Below are positions 20,482 to 30,503 of a stretch of 64,000 nt of DNA, one piece after another. The notes beneath the pieces were generated by a model. The model ran no database searches, was not told the DNA's origin, and saw nothing but the letters and a program-made list of their open reading frames with translations. The position numbers and the translations under genes are program-made. How positions within the stretch are numbered: position 1 is the stretch's first letter; every line of letters starts with the position of its first letter. Source of the DNA: a virus. The stretch covers positions 84,356 through 148,355 of the IMG/VR virus record IMGVR_UViG_3300042373_001362; one strand, written 5' to 3'.

Positions 20482-21588
20482 TTGCCAAATAACCAGCGTT
20501 ACCTACTGCCCTTTCTCATTGCCTCGCTTTTTACGGCGAGCACTGCCCACGCTCTAAGCGTAGATAAGGGGGTCGGCTCAACAGCTGGTCAAGAGACCAC
20601 ATCAACACTCGTGGTCTTGGCAAAGCCTCTCTCTGCTCCTTCACACACAACTCTTGCTTTTGACAAGACCCCCAACGCTCCGGTAGAGTTTTGGGAGAAA
20701 ATGGCTGTCTGTGAAACCAACAGCAATTGGCAGAACACGGGTCAATGGGCAGGTGGACTAGGTATCTACACAAAGGGCGAGTTCCCTCAGTCAAGTATGG
20801 GCACTTGGGAACGCTACGGTGGCGAGGAGTTTGCTCCCTCTCCCGACAAAGCGACCAAAGAACAGCAAATCATCATTGCTAACCGTATTTCCGTAGAGGG
20901 TTGGAAAACCACAGTGACCCGTGACGAAGTGCGAGCAAAGGCTATGGGTGTCCCACAGGTCTATGAGTGGCATCAAAAACCCGTTGGGTTCACAGGGTGG
21001 GGTTGCTACAAATCCAAATCAACAGGCAAGCACCGAATGGCGAAGCCTCTGTTGCTCCACTACGACCCAAAGATGGTTCCGATAGTTCAGTACCATTTCA
21101 ACCAAAGAGGCATCATTGTTCAGGACTTACAGAAACTAATCGGCGTTACTCCTGACGGTCACTACGGGGTAAAGACAAGAGAAGCACACATTCGTTACCT
21201 CAAAGAACACAAACTATCAACACTTGGAGTTGGTGTTCTACCGACATTCCTTAGTGGGAACTATCCAAAAGACAAGACAAAGCGTTGTCCACAGTGGGAG
21301 GGTCGCCTTCGTTTTCACGGACTACAACCCGTAGACCGTTTCTCTTACATAATGTGGAGAGAGAGCCGTTGTCAAGAAAAGATAGTTTCTAAACCAAACT
21401 CAAACGGTACAAGAGACTACGGGTTGCTACAAATCAACTCATCTTGGGTCACAGTAACAAAGAAACTGTGTGGTGGCAAGGATATGAAAGTCCTACTGAA
21501 CCACAAGTGTAATCTCAAGGTGGCGAAGTATCTACTTGACAACGGTGGGCTTGGTCATTGGTCTGCTACATCAGGTTCAGACAAGTAA
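20482..21588 (+). CDS. Secreted protein with Rpf-like transglycosylase, PG-binding and SLT/lysozyme-like domains
   Basis: Signal peptide; WEKMAVCETNSNW..GGLGI..TW..YGG..ATKEQQI; LQKLIGVTPDGHYG; RESRC..NSNGTRDYGLLQIN. Confidence 0.8.
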   Translation: MPNNQRYLLPFLIASLFTASTAHALSVDKGVGSTAGQETTSTLVVLAKPLSAPSHTTLAFDKTPNAPVEFWEKMAVCETNSNWQNTGQWAGGLGIYTKGEFPQSSMGTWERYGGEEFAPSPDKATKEQQIIIANRISVEGWKTTVTRDEVRAKAMGVPQVYEWHQKPVGFTGWGCYKSKSTGKHRMAKPLLLHYDPKMVPIVQYHFNQRGIIVQDLQKLIGVTPDGHYGVKTREAHIRYLKEHKLSTLGVGVLPTFLSGNYPKDKTKRCPQWEGRLRFHGLQPVDRFSYIMWRESRCQEKIVSKPNSNGTRDYGLLQINSSWVTVTKKLCGGKDMKVLLNHKCNLKVAKYLLDNGGLGHWSATSGSDK

Positions 21589-22299
21589 CTACGGAGAGAC
21601 TTTTCCGTTAGCAATCCAGCTTTCGTAAGTAATTGGCATTTCCTTAGAAAACAATGTCTCAACAGCGTTTGCGTATTTGCGAATGTCAAGTTGTGCGTTC
21701 TCGTCTGTCCTGAGCGAAAGAAAGTTCATCAAAGCACGGGCGTTCACTGTCCAATAGAACTGAGTGAACATTCCCATTGGTAGGACAGTTCTCGCCAACT
21801 CCTTAGCAACACCAAGAGCCAGCATCTCAGCGTAAGCCTCATAGGCGTTACTGTTACTCTCAGTAATTATCTCGGTCGTTCTCAGTGCCGTACTCATATC
21901 AGCCTGCTTGAACTTGTAAGCCCCGGGCTTACCTGTCTGCTCTCGCACCTCAGCAAGCTCAGGCACGAACATCTCATTAGGAACCTCTGAGTAGCGAGCC
22001 GAGAACTCATTGAAAGAACCAATACGGTGACGAAACCACTCACGGGCTACAAACACAGGGCACTTGATGTGGAAACGAAAAGCGTTATGCTCAAACGGAG
22101 TACCGTGACGCTCTCTCATTAGGAAGTTGATTAGTCCAACTTCTGCGTCTGTCATCTCGACTTCATCTTCCCTATTGCGAGCAAAACTCACACGGGCTGA
22201 GTTCACAACAGAATAATCGTCAGCCATACAGTTGTCAAGCCGAACGAATCCGTTACCAATGTTTAGTGTGTTGCTGTCTATGTTGTTCATAGCGAACAT
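21589..22299 (-). CDS. thyX: FAD-dependent thymidylate synthase
   Basis: HGTPFEH; RHRIGSFNEFSARY; ELARTVLP; NARALMNFLSLR. Confidence 0.95.
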   Translation of the reverse strand: MFAMNNIDSNTLNIGNGFVRLDNCMADDYSVVNSARVSFARNREDEVEMTDAEVGLINFLMRERHGTPFEHNAFRFHIKCPVFVAREWFRHRIGSFNEFSARYSEVPNEMFVPELAEVREQTGKPGAYKFKQADMSTALRTTEIITESNSNAYEAYAEMLALGVAKELARTVLPMGMFTQFYWTVNARALMNFLSLRTDENAQLDIRKYANAVETLFSKEMPITYESWIANGKVSP

Positions 22300-22308
22300 A
22301 CTACTCTG

Positions 22309-22381
<73 letters not shown>

Positions 22382-22553
22382 TTATTTTGTTACGAGCATA
22401 CTCGCTCTCGGGATAAAGTTTCTCTATCACTGTTGGGACTTTACGACACAATCCACAACGCCCCATAGAATGATAAGCACTATGTCTGTGTATCGGCCAG
22501 TCTCGACAACAGCGCAAAATAATCAGTTGATTCCAAAACTCATCACTCATTAG

Positions 22554-22625
22554 CACCCCCGATAGGAATCGAACCTACGCACATAGTTTAGGAAACTACT
22601 GCTCTATCCACTGAGCTACGGGAGT
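22554..22625 (-). tRNA. tRNA-Arg (CCU)
   Basis: Minus-strand cloverleaf, anticodon loop TTCCTAA. Confidence 0.88.
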
Positions 22626-22631
22626 TTGACA

Positions 22632-23012
22632 CTACGCCTGCGCTGCTGCGTCAAGGAACCATTGGTTGTGTGGGCAAATGTTCAAAACTGCGTGTCGCAC
22701 CATAAATCCGATAAGAGCAACATCTCCACCTTGGGGAACCATTCGTGCCAAATCACTAAGAGACATTCCTTCGTCAATCGCGTCACAAGCAATTTGACCG
22801 AACTCCACAATCCACTTGCGACCGTGAATGTTTACTGCGTCAGGGAAGCCTTCCATCACTGCGTCAAAGTAACCCTCGACACCACCTCTAGACTCAGGTG
22901 CTGTCACGGGTGGGTTTGTTGATTCAGGCGTAGTAGCTTCAACTACAACAGTTCTTGTTCCACACCCGACAAGAGTTACGCTTGCGAGTATTACGAGTAT
23001 TGCTTTTTTCAT
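22632..23012 (-). CDS. Putative lipoprotein
   Basis: MKKAILVILASVTLVGC lipobox; GGAG SD. Confidence 0.65.
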   Translation of the reverse strand: MKKAILVILASVTLVGCGTRTVVVEATTPESTNPPVTAPESRGGVEGYFDAVMEGFPDAVNIHGRKWIVEFGQIACDAIDEGMSLSDLARMVPQGGDVALIGFMVRHAVLNICPHNQWFLDAAAQA

Positions 23013-23044
23013 TTTCTCTCCGTTTGTTAGATACACAAGTATCG

Positions 23045-23117
23045 TACCCCTAGCAGGGCTCGAACCTGCGACGCACGGATTAAAAGTCCGACGCTCTACC
23101 AACTGAGCTATAGGGGC
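23045..23117 (-). tRNA. tRNA-Lys (UUU)
   Basis: Minus-strand cloverleaf, anticodon loop CTTTTAA. Confidence 0.9.
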
Positions 23118-23326
23118 GTGATTAATCTAGGTAGTAATCGTTTTCTCTCTTTTTACGCCTTGCGTCTCGAGCGTTTCTTTCTGCGTTCTGAGCAAAGAAA
23201 ACACCAGCGAAAAAGATAGCTGTCGTCTGTATCAGAAAAATGATTAATTCAACCATTCCTTAAACCTAACACCTAAAAGCACATAAGTCAAGCATTTACG
23301 CAAGCTCGCCTGCTCCCGGGCCCCGT

Positions 23327-23611
23327 TCACTCGTCAAGGTCGTCGTCTGGCTCAATCCCTATGGCATAGCCAAAGATAGCGTCCCAACGTTCTTCTTCAG
23401 TCATTTGTCGTGCCTTCTCTGTAACCGAGTAAAGCCATTGACCGTCATCTGTTATGCCTGTGACGGTGACGAGCCCGAGCGCAACTAGCGTTTCTAGTTC
23501 TCGCTCTATTTCCTTACGGGGGTCATCTTCGTCATAATCCACAATAAACGAATAATACCACCAGCCCGTGGTCGCAAAATCAGCAAGTAATCGTGGTCTT
23601 ATCAACAACAA
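23327..23611 (-). CDS. Small hypothetical protein, paralog of 41391..41591; start uncertain
   Basis: Shared GL..V...DG.W.Y..(T/S)E.A..MTEEE. Confidence 0.55.
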   Translation of the reverse strand: MLLIRPRLLADFATTGWWYYSFIVDYDEDDPRKEIERELETLVALGLVTVTGITDDGQWLYSVTEKARQMTEEERWDAIFGYAIGIEPDDDLDE

Positions 23612-24449
23612 TGTTGTCCGTGCTAACGAACTCCAAATCTGCGCTTCTGTCGGTGATGCTCATAAACAATGCGCCGTGATGCTTATTTGACAAGAAAGCA
23701 GAGCCCTCTACGGGTGTCCTGACACGACGTAAATCTTTTCCACCAGTGCCGACAACGAACTGAACAGGCTGTGTGTCAAATCGTTCGTAATGATGGTCGT
23801 GTCCACTCAGCAGGACATCAACACCATACTGAGTCATCAGGTCAAAAGAGTCCTTCATAAACTTGGAAGAACCGTGAACTCCTGACGAGTATCTAGGGTG
23901 ATGGGCCATCACAACAACACACCTCGATGCGTTCTTTTGTAGTTCCGACTCGAGCCATAAGTATTGGTCTGAGCCTTTTCCACAATAAACGAACCGACAC
24001 TCATCATTCGTGTTCATTACCACGGCAACCCAATCGCTGTTGATGTCGAAAGAGTAATACCCAGGCTTCGGATACTTCACCCACGTCGCATAGTAACCAC
24101 GAGCCCCGGCTTCTGCGTACTCGTGGTTGCCAGCAACAGGTTTGGCAATAGGTATCAGGTCAGACCAAATGGGCGCAAAGTTCTCTTGGAAGTTCTTGAT
24201 TGTATGACTTTGATACTGAATGTCCCCTAGAAGGAACAGGTGGTCGGGTTGTCTACTACGAACGACAGAAGCAACATCTGCGTCTACGCAAGGATACTTT
24301 CCACTGTTTCGCTGTGTTTTTGAGCAGGAAATGTCACCAACAGAAGCAACAATCACGGGTTCAGGCTTTGTCTCAATGGTTGTTGTAGTCGGGGAGTTGT
24401 TTGAGCAGGCGTACAGAAAGACGATAAACGCACTCATAATCTTTTTCAT
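23580..24449 (-). CDS. Calcineurin-like metallophosphoesterase lipoprotein
   Basis: LYAC lipobox; GDI, LGDIQY, GNHEY, HHP, SGHDHHYER motifs. Confidence 0.88.
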   Translation of the reverse strand: MKKIMSAFIVFLYACSNNSPTTTTIETKPEPVIVASVGDISCSKTQRNSGKYPCVDADVASVVRSRQPDHLFLLGDIQYQSHTIKNFQENFAPIWSDLIPIAKPVAGNHEYAEAGARGYYATWVKYPKPGYYSFDINSDWVAVVMNTNDECRFVYCGKGSDQYLWLESELQKNASRCVVVMAHHPRYSSGVHGSSKFMKDSFDLMTQYGVDVLLSGHDHHYERFDTQPVQFVVGTGGKDLRRVRTPVEGSAFLSNKHHGALFMSITDRSADLEFVSTDNIVVDKTTITC

Positions 24450-24450
24450 C

Positions 24451-25059
24451 TCAGAACCAAGCCTTTTTGATAGTACGAGCAATGTATTTTGCTCTTAGTT
24501 TTGACCCAGTGCTACCGTAGTGAACTCCGTCAGGATTTAGCAAGCCCCTGTTCTTTGTGATAACTTTGTCCCAGTAGATAATAGAAAAACCGTATTTATC
24601 CGACTTTTTCTCCAACATTGCGTTCCAGTTACGGGCTGACGGGTTGTTTTTCTTGCCCTTCCACACTGTCACCCAAGCAACTTTCATTCCTTTGAGTTCC
24701 CTCATTACGGAAGCAACACGAGTTCCGACATCTTGATACTTCCAAGCAGGGCTGTCGTTTGTTCCCAATGCGATTACCCAGCAGGTATTTTGGTCAGACC
24801 TTTTCTTCCAATACTTCACAGCCTCTAAGCCAGTGTGCCTATCGTTAGGCAACTTACTCAACACTGAGCGACTGCCGTGAGCAGAGATAACAGCGTTCGG
24901 GTATCCGAGTTTCTTGTATTCCTTTTGTTGGAACTCTCGGGAATGGACACTGAGCGAGTCTCCAATGTGGACAATGTTTGAGCAACCGTCTGTGGCTCTT
25001 GCTTGCTGAGGGATAGCGATAGCAGTGACAATAAGTGCTGAGAGTAGAAGCTTCTTCAT
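24451..25059 (-). CDS. Secreted SGNH/GDSL-like hydrolase
   Basis: Signal peptide; IGDSL, ALGTND, DGVH. Confidence 0.8.
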   Translation of the reverse strand: MKKLLLSALIVTAIAIPQQARATDGCSNIVHIGDSLSVHSREFQQKEYKKLGYPNAVISAHGSRSVLSKLPNDRHTGLEAVKYWKKRSDQNTCWVIALGTNDSPAWKYQDVGTRVASVMRELKGMKVAWVTVWKGKKNNPSARNWNAMLEKKSDKYGFSIIYWDKVITKNRGLLNPDGVHYGSTGSKLRAKYIARTIKKAWF

Positions 25060-25165
25060 TCCGGGCCCCGTTCCTAGTAGATAAGACGGCAGAGCCCTAG
25101 TCCGAACACAGGCTCTACCGTCTTGATGTGACAGGCTACTAAGGGAAGGCTGGTCTGCCAACCCC

Positions 25166-25369
25166 TTAGAAGTTGGCTCGGGGGACTTGTGCGCCACACG
25201 CATACTCGGCAACACGACCCCACGGACGGCAGTCACAGTAGACACAACGGTCAAACTGAGGGTCAAAGTAGTGAGTGTTGTAGTTTTCCGACTTTTCTGC
25301 GTCCGACCCCGAAAAAGGGACAGGGGCATTGACGGTAGTAGGGGCAAGGATTTCGCTGTTTGTTTCCAT
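25166..25369 (-). CDS. Small leaderless cassette gene (METNSEI family)
   Basis: Preceded by a minus-strand array promoter (25376-25405). Confidence 0.7.
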   Translation of the reverse strand: METNSEILAPTTVNAPVPFSGSDAEKSENYNTHYFDPQFDRCVYCDCRPWGRVAEYACGAQVPRANF

Positions 25370-25484
25370 ACCTAAATCTTAGACAAACCCACCCATACCC
25401 GACAAGTTTCACTACGGGCAGGTAGTTGGGACTATGATGAGTTCAGATAAATCTATCCATACGGATAGGAAGGACACACGGAAA

Positions 25485-26510
25485 ATGGCACACGAACTAG
25501 AGTTTGACCGTAAGGGCTTGGCGAAAATGGCTTACGCTGACCGAGAAGTGCCGTGGCACAGGCTAGGAACGCCTATGAAGGGCTTACAGACGGCTGAGGC
25601 AATGCTGGCAGCAGCACAGGCTGACTATGACGTAGTTCTTGCCAAAGTTGCCGTAGTAGACGACGAAGGCAACTTCATCACCAACCCTGACGGGACTCCT
25701 GTGCTGGTGGACGACAGCCGTGCCACAGTCCGAGTGAACCCTGACGGCTCATTTGACGGATTGTCCACAGTTGGGACAAGGTATGTAGTCCAACAGAACC
25801 GTGAGTGCCTTGAGTACGCCCTCGCCATTGTGGGTGCGTCTAAGGGTGACGCAGTTGTGGACACTTGTGGAGTTCTCCACGGTGGGCGTGAGTTCTTTTC
25901 ATCTATTGACTTGGGTGGTCTAATCATTGACCCCAAGGGAGTGAATGACAAGATTGAGCGTTACCTGCTTGTTCGCAATGGTCACGATGGCAAGACAGCG
26001 ATTACTTTCGCAAACACAAGCATTCGTGCCGTTTGTAAAAATACCGTTATCGCTGGAATGAACAATGCTCAACGGGTATTCACGGCTCGCCATACAAGAA
26101 ATGTGGAAACTGCTCTCGCAGAGGCTCAAAGCATTCTCAACATCTCAACCGAGTGGGCTAAGTCGTTCAGCGCAACAGCCGAGAAAATGTTGTCAATCCC
26201 GATGAGTTTGAGTTCAGCAAGAATGGACACGCTTATCGGTGCTCTCTATCCCGAAAAGCCCCAAGAAACCGACAGACAAAAGCGCAATAGGGACAACATA
26301 ACTATGACCATTCGTGCTCTCTATCAGACAGAAAGAAACTCTGCTGGATACGGAGACAACGGCTGGTCTGCTTACAACGCTGTCGTGGAATACCTTGACC
26401 ACTACCGAGACGGTGGAGTTACGGAACGGGCGATTGCGTCTATGGACGCAAACTCATCAGTCACACACAAGAAGATAAAAGCCCAAGAAGTTATCTTGTC
26501 ATTCGCTTGA
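25485..26510 (+). CDS. DUF932 / phage-plasmid family protein
   Basis: MAHEL..VPWHRLG..YLLVRNGHDG..IRAVCKNT..RHT..WSAYNAVVEYLDH. Confidence 0.85.
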   Translation: MAHELEFDRKGLAKMAYADREVPWHRLGTPMKGLQTAEAMLAAAQADYDVVLAKVAVVDDEGNFITNPDGTPVLVDDSRATVRVNPDGSFDGLSTVGTRYVVQQNRECLEYALAIVGASKGDAVVDTCGVLHGGREFFSSIDLGGLIIDPKGVNDKIERYLLVRNGHDGKTAITFANTSIRAVCKNTVIAGMNNAQRVFTARHTRNVETALAEAQSILNISTEWAKSFSATAEKMLSIPMSLSSARMDTLIGALYPEKPQETDRQKRNRDNITMTIRALYQTERNSAGYGDNGWSAYNAVVEYLDHYRDGGVTERAIASMDANSSVTHKKIKAQEVILSFA

Positions 26511-26556
26511 CACACCCACGGGTTATCATTGTTGTACGGACTGAAGGGACGGAACA

Positions 26557-27042
26557 ATGGATTTCTTTGATGAAGAAGACGACGAAACGTTCGCAAGCCC
26601 CGAGGAGCTCGCTGTCTGGCTGAGCGAGTTTATGGCTCAAACATCAGACGCAGAAGTAATGTACCGAAACCACTTCTGTACTATGATTGCTAACCGTGTC
26701 TATGACGAGTTCGGACACGAAGGCCTGTGCGAACTGATGATAGCAATGGACAAGAAGGCTGGCTGGATTTCGGACATCATCATTGAGAACAATGACCTCG
26801 ATGAAATACTGTTCAAGAAGTACGGCGTGTATGACCACAACATTGTCTCAAAAGCTCGCAAAACAGAAGCCGTTCAGGAAATGAACACAAAGATTTGGAA
26901 GTTACGCCGTAAGTACGCCAAAGCAATAGTGGACGAGCTGATGGTAGCCCCGTCTGACCCCACCCCGATTGACCCACTGCTAGAAGAACAAGAGACGCAA
27001 AAGCCCACCGACAGCGACAACGGTGGGACTTCTACGGAGTAG
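26557..27042 (+). CDS. Hypothetical protein
   Basis: 161-aa ORF. Confidence 0.65.
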   Translation: MDFFDEEDDETFASPEELAVWLSEFMAQTSDAEVMYRNHFCTMIANRVYDEFGHEGLCELMIAMDKKAGWISDIIIENNDLDEILFKKYGVYDHNIVSKARKTEAVQEMNTKIWKLRRKYAKAIVDELMVAPSDPTPIDPLLEEQETQKPTDSDNGGTSTE

Positions 27043-27087
27043 ACAACGGGGGGCGTTGCCTGCTCAGATTTGTGAGGTTGCGACTAT

Positions 27088-27321
27088 TTAGTAGTCGTCA
27101 TCATCACCCCAGCCGATACCAGCAAGGGCGTTAGCGTCAGCCCAGCCGTCAGTTTCGTACGGCTCCGTACTGTCATCACGGACAACGCAGTCGCAGTCAT
27201 CTTCACATTCGCAGTCTTGCTCCCACTCACAAGCACCCTCGTGCTCAAACTCCAAGTCGCAATTTACGCAATACGACATAATGTAGGGGGCAGTTTCGGC
27301 AATTTCGCTGTTCATTTCCAT
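27088..27321 (-). CDS. Small acidic Cys-rich cassette gene, paralog of 44879..45151
   Basis: Array promoter at 27328-27357; C-terminus WADANALAGIGWGDDDDY. Confidence 0.7.
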   Translation of the reverse strand: MEMNSEIAETAPYIMSYCVNCDLEFEHEGACEWEQDCECEDDCDCVVRDDSTEPYETDGWADANALAGIGWGDDDDY

Positions 27322-27361
27322 ACACACAGATTAGCAAGACCCACCCCAGCCCGACAAGTTT

Positions 27362-29272
27362 CTACATTCCCATCAGGTCAAACAGCAGTTGTGCTGTATC
27401 TACATCATCTACGGGTGAACCACCGTCTACAGCCCTATTGACCACGCTTCTCTTGCGTTCTATGAGGGAATAGATTTCCTCATCTATCGTGCCGTCTGTG
27501 AGTAGATAGGTAGCCACCACGCTTCCCTTCTGCCCTAATCTGTGGCATCGTGAGTATGTTTGGTCTACATCAGCAGGCGTCCACGGTAGTTCCACGAATA
27601 AGACATCTTGCGCCGATGTCAGCGTGTGACCCGTCTTGGCTGCCTGAATGGACAGCACGATAACCGGGGCTTCCTCTACCGGCAGCGTTTGGAACTTCTT
27701 CTTCTGTTCCTCTACTTCCTCAACGCTCATTCCACCCTGAATGCGTAGGTTGCCGAACTTCATTGCTAACTCATCAACAATGTCTCTGTGATGGGCAGCG
27801 ATTACAACTTTCTTTCCATCTTCTATTCGCTGCTTTACCCATTCTTCTACTACGGGCATCTTTGCTCTTGCTGACAACCTTCGCAGCACAGACAAGCGAA
27901 CTAAATGTTCGTTGCTTTCTGCTTTGATGCGAGCAACAACGGCAGCAGACCCTACGGGTTCTCCAAGTTCTCTCGCTATTTCCTTTGCTCTGTCAATGAG
28001 ATACTGAATAATGTCTACTTCTGCTTTTTTGTATTCTTTCATCGCAGCAGCACTTCCCTCAACCAATACGGGGCTGTGGATGACAGGGGGCAGTTCCGAT
28101 AGCACTTGGTCTTTTGTTCTCCTGATGTAGCAAACACCACGAAGCCGTTCGTTTAGTTCGTCAAGGTGTGAATGTCCACTGATGTTCCATTGACCGAAGC
28201 TGTCCTGAAAAGCGTTACAGTAACGCCGATAAAAGCCCCACAAACCACCGAATTCTTTTAGTTTCCCAAGAATGTCGAGTTGTGATGCGTACTCTGACGG
28301 GCGATTAGTAACGGGTGTTCCTGTTAGACAAAGAACAATTCCGTCTTTTGGTGCGCTTTTAGCAATCTTTTGTGCGCTTTTGGTTCTCTGTGCTGTAACA
28401 GTTTTACAGTAATGGCTTTCGTCAAATACATAGGAACGATGTTTAGACAACTCTTTTTCCCATTTGGTAATGTTGCTGTATCCAACGACAACGACATCAT
28501 AAGTTCCACTTTCGGGGAATTCTTTTCTGTTCGTTACAACCGAAACTCTCCGACTAGGAAGCCAACGGGCGTATTCAGCTTGCCAATTGAGAACAAGAGA
28601 AGGTGGGCAAACAACGACTGCTGGGTAACTATCCATAACATACTCAACGGTGGCAATGGCTTGGAGAGTTTTGCCTAGACCCATTTCATCAGCAATAAAA
28701 GTTCTGCGAGCATTGGAAGCGTAAGCAACGCCTGCCCTCTGATAAGGAAGAAGTTCTGCCGTTAGTGACGGAATAGAAATCTCAGCATCTACTGAGCGAG
28801 AAGCCTCAATGAGAGCATTTAGATTATTTGTGACATTCTCTGAACACGACCTTAGTTCATCGGACACCTCAATGTCAAAGTATTCAGCCCACCTGATGAC
28901 ATCATTCGCCGATGTCAACGGGGCCCTCCACGCCTTCTTGGTTGCGTTCCAAGTGATAGACGGTATTTTCTTGACGCTGTTGATGACTACCTTCTCATAC
29001 GGGAATGTAATAAAAATCCAATCGCCTTCTAGCCAAATGGAATTGACAGCTTTCCTAACCGGTGGGGTGATTAGCAGTATCTCTGTATCAACCTCTATGT
29101 CGTGCTTTATTGCGAAAGCTCTTGCTTCGGACATAGAGGTAACCGGAACTCTCCATACCTTTGAGACCTTGTCCCATTTAGCCCCTGCGATTTTTTTGAC
29201 CTCATCAACTTGGTCTTTGTCGTAGGGAAAATCGAGAATTATTTGGTCGTCTACAAGTCTTGCCGTGCTCAT
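27362..29272 (-). CDS. SNF2-family helicase with two N-terminal HARP-like repeats
   Basis: ADEMGLGKT, DESH, LTGTP, RRTK, SRCHRLGQ; duplicated FPY..VKKI...W....W. Confidence 0.9.
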   Translation of the reverse strand: MSTARLVDDQIILDFPYDKDQVDEVKKIAGAKWDKVSKVWRVPVTSMSEARAFAIKHDIEVDTEILLITPPVRKAVNSIWLEGDWIFITFPYEKVVINSVKKIPSITWNATKKAWRAPLTSANDVIRWAEYFDIEVSDELRSCSENVTNNLNALIEASRSVDAEISIPSLTAELLPYQRAGVAYASNARRTFIADEMGLGKTLQAIATVEYVMDSYPAVVVCPPSLVLNWQAEYARWLPSRRVSVVTNRKEFPESGTYDVVVVGYSNITKWEKELSKHRSYVFDESHYCKTVTAQRTKSAQKIAKSAPKDGIVLCLTGTPVTNRPSEYASQLDILGKLKEFGGLWGFYRRYCNAFQDSFGQWNISGHSHLDELNERLRGVCYIRRTKDQVLSELPPVIHSPVLVEGSAAAMKEYKKAEVDIIQYLIDRAKEIARELGEPVGSAAVVARIKAESNEHLVRLSVLRRLSARAKMPVVEEWVKQRIEDGKKVVIAAHHRDIVDELAMKFGNLRIQGGMSVEEVEEQKKKFQTLPVEEAPVIVLSIQAAKTGHTLTSAQDVLFVELPWTPADVDQTYSRCHRLGQKGSVVATYLLTDGTIDEEIYSLIERKRSVVNRAVDGGSPVDDVDTAQLLFDLMGM

Positions 29273-29308
29273 TGCTATTATTCTACTCTCTGAAACAAAG
29301 GAGAGCGA

Positions 29309-29557
29309 ATGCCCTTAGAACAAGAACCAACGGTAGAAAGTCTCAGCAAGAGAATTGACGAGCTCGAGCAAATCGTCAAGCAACTCAAGACAACTATCGA
29401 GAGAATGGAAAGCTCTACAAAGAAGCTTCCGGTAATTCCACAAATTTCTATTCCCGGCTCACTTGGTGACAACACTCTGTCTATTGGCAAAAGACAAGCG
29501 ACACTCCACGAGAACGAGCAACGCCTAGCGTGGGAACGAGCAACCGGGGCTCAGTAG
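29309..29557 (+). CDS. Small coiled-coil protein
   Basis: AAGGAG SD, 82 aa. Confidence 0.6.
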   Translation: MPLEQEPTVESLSKRIDELEQIVKQLKTTIERMESSTKKLPVIPQISIPGSLGDNTLSIGKRQATLHENEQRLAWERATGAQ

Positions 29558-29628
29558 AAAGTAGAGTGCCACAGAACTAGGGGAACAGCGACGAAAACCC
29601 TAGCCCTGTGGCAGACCGAACTCTATCA

Positions 29629-30144
29629 TTAGCAGATAGAGAAACCCCCACACTCTGAGAGAAACTCAGCAAACTGCGAGACATTCTCAACATTGAACGG
29701 ATAGTGCGAAGCCCACGATTCTTTTGTGCCCACTCCGTCACAAGCGTTACACCAACCGTGTGTGCGACCTGTAAGAATCTGAACCTCTACCGATAGTTCA
29801 CGCTCAGGATGTCCAGACTCAATGCCTAGTGCGTCTCTGCGTATTCCAGTCGCTTCACACAAAGCGCAATCCTCACGGGGAAGGTTTGCTATGTATTCGT
29901 AGTAAGACTGCTGATGAGCAAGAGCCCCACCATTTTCTATTTCCTCACGGAGAATGTTTGCCAACTCCAATGAGCCTTCCTCATCTAGTCCTTCTCCGTC
30001 ATTGGTATGACCACTCACTTCACTACATAGGTGAGGTGCGACTATTTCGCAATAATCCCACAGTGGTCGCCACCACCAAACATTGTTACGAAAATACTCA
30101 CCCTTCTCGCTTGAAGGATTCTGTCCGTAAACATCCATACCCAT
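29629..30144 (-). CDS. Phage hypothetical protein (MGMDVY..WWWRPLW)
   Basis: Array promoter at 30180-30209 on the minus strand. Confidence 0.7.
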   Translation of the reverse strand: MGMDVYGQNPSSEKGEYFRNNVWWWRPLWDYCEIVAPHLCSEVSGHTNDGEGLDEEGSLELANILREEIENGGALAHQQSYYEYIANLPREDCALCEATGIRRDALGIESGHPERELSVEVQILTGRTHGWCNACDGVGTKESWASHYPFNVENVSQFAEFLSECGGFSIC

Positions 30145-30298
30145 AGTCGCTTTTCCTCTCGGCTCGCTTGTTTCTCTCAACATTATCTCAACCCACCCTC
30201 AACCGACAAATCTTTATCTGTGAGGCGGGGCTCACAGATAAAGAAGCACTCAGTGTCGGGGGGTGACACTGAGTGCTTACTGGAGAGAATTGCTGGGG

Positions 30299-30451
30299 CT
30301 AAACGCCCTTGGCGATGAGCAGGTCTATCAAGACGACGAGACGCTGGGCGTCCATCTCGCTCTTTGTGATTCTGCCACGCTTGAGCTGGTCGTCCAACTT
30401 CTCCAACTGGAGAAGGGCTTGTTCTATTGGGGATGTCGCTGTTGTTTCCAT
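30299..30451 (-). CDS. 50-aa leaderless cassette gene (METTATSP..), not in the ORF track
   Basis: ATG 36 nt from the -35 of the minus-strand promoter. Confidence 0.6.
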   Translation of the reverse strand: METTATSPIEQALLQLEKLDDQLKRGRITKSEMDAQRLVVLIDLLIAKGV

Positions 30452-30487
30452 AAGAACAGCCTAGCATCACCCACCCCAGGCCGACAA

Positions 30488-30503
30488 TGTTTCACGTGAA
30501 ACA
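30488..30503. other. parS site (perfect)
   Basis: TGTTTCACGTGAAACA. Confidence 0.85.
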
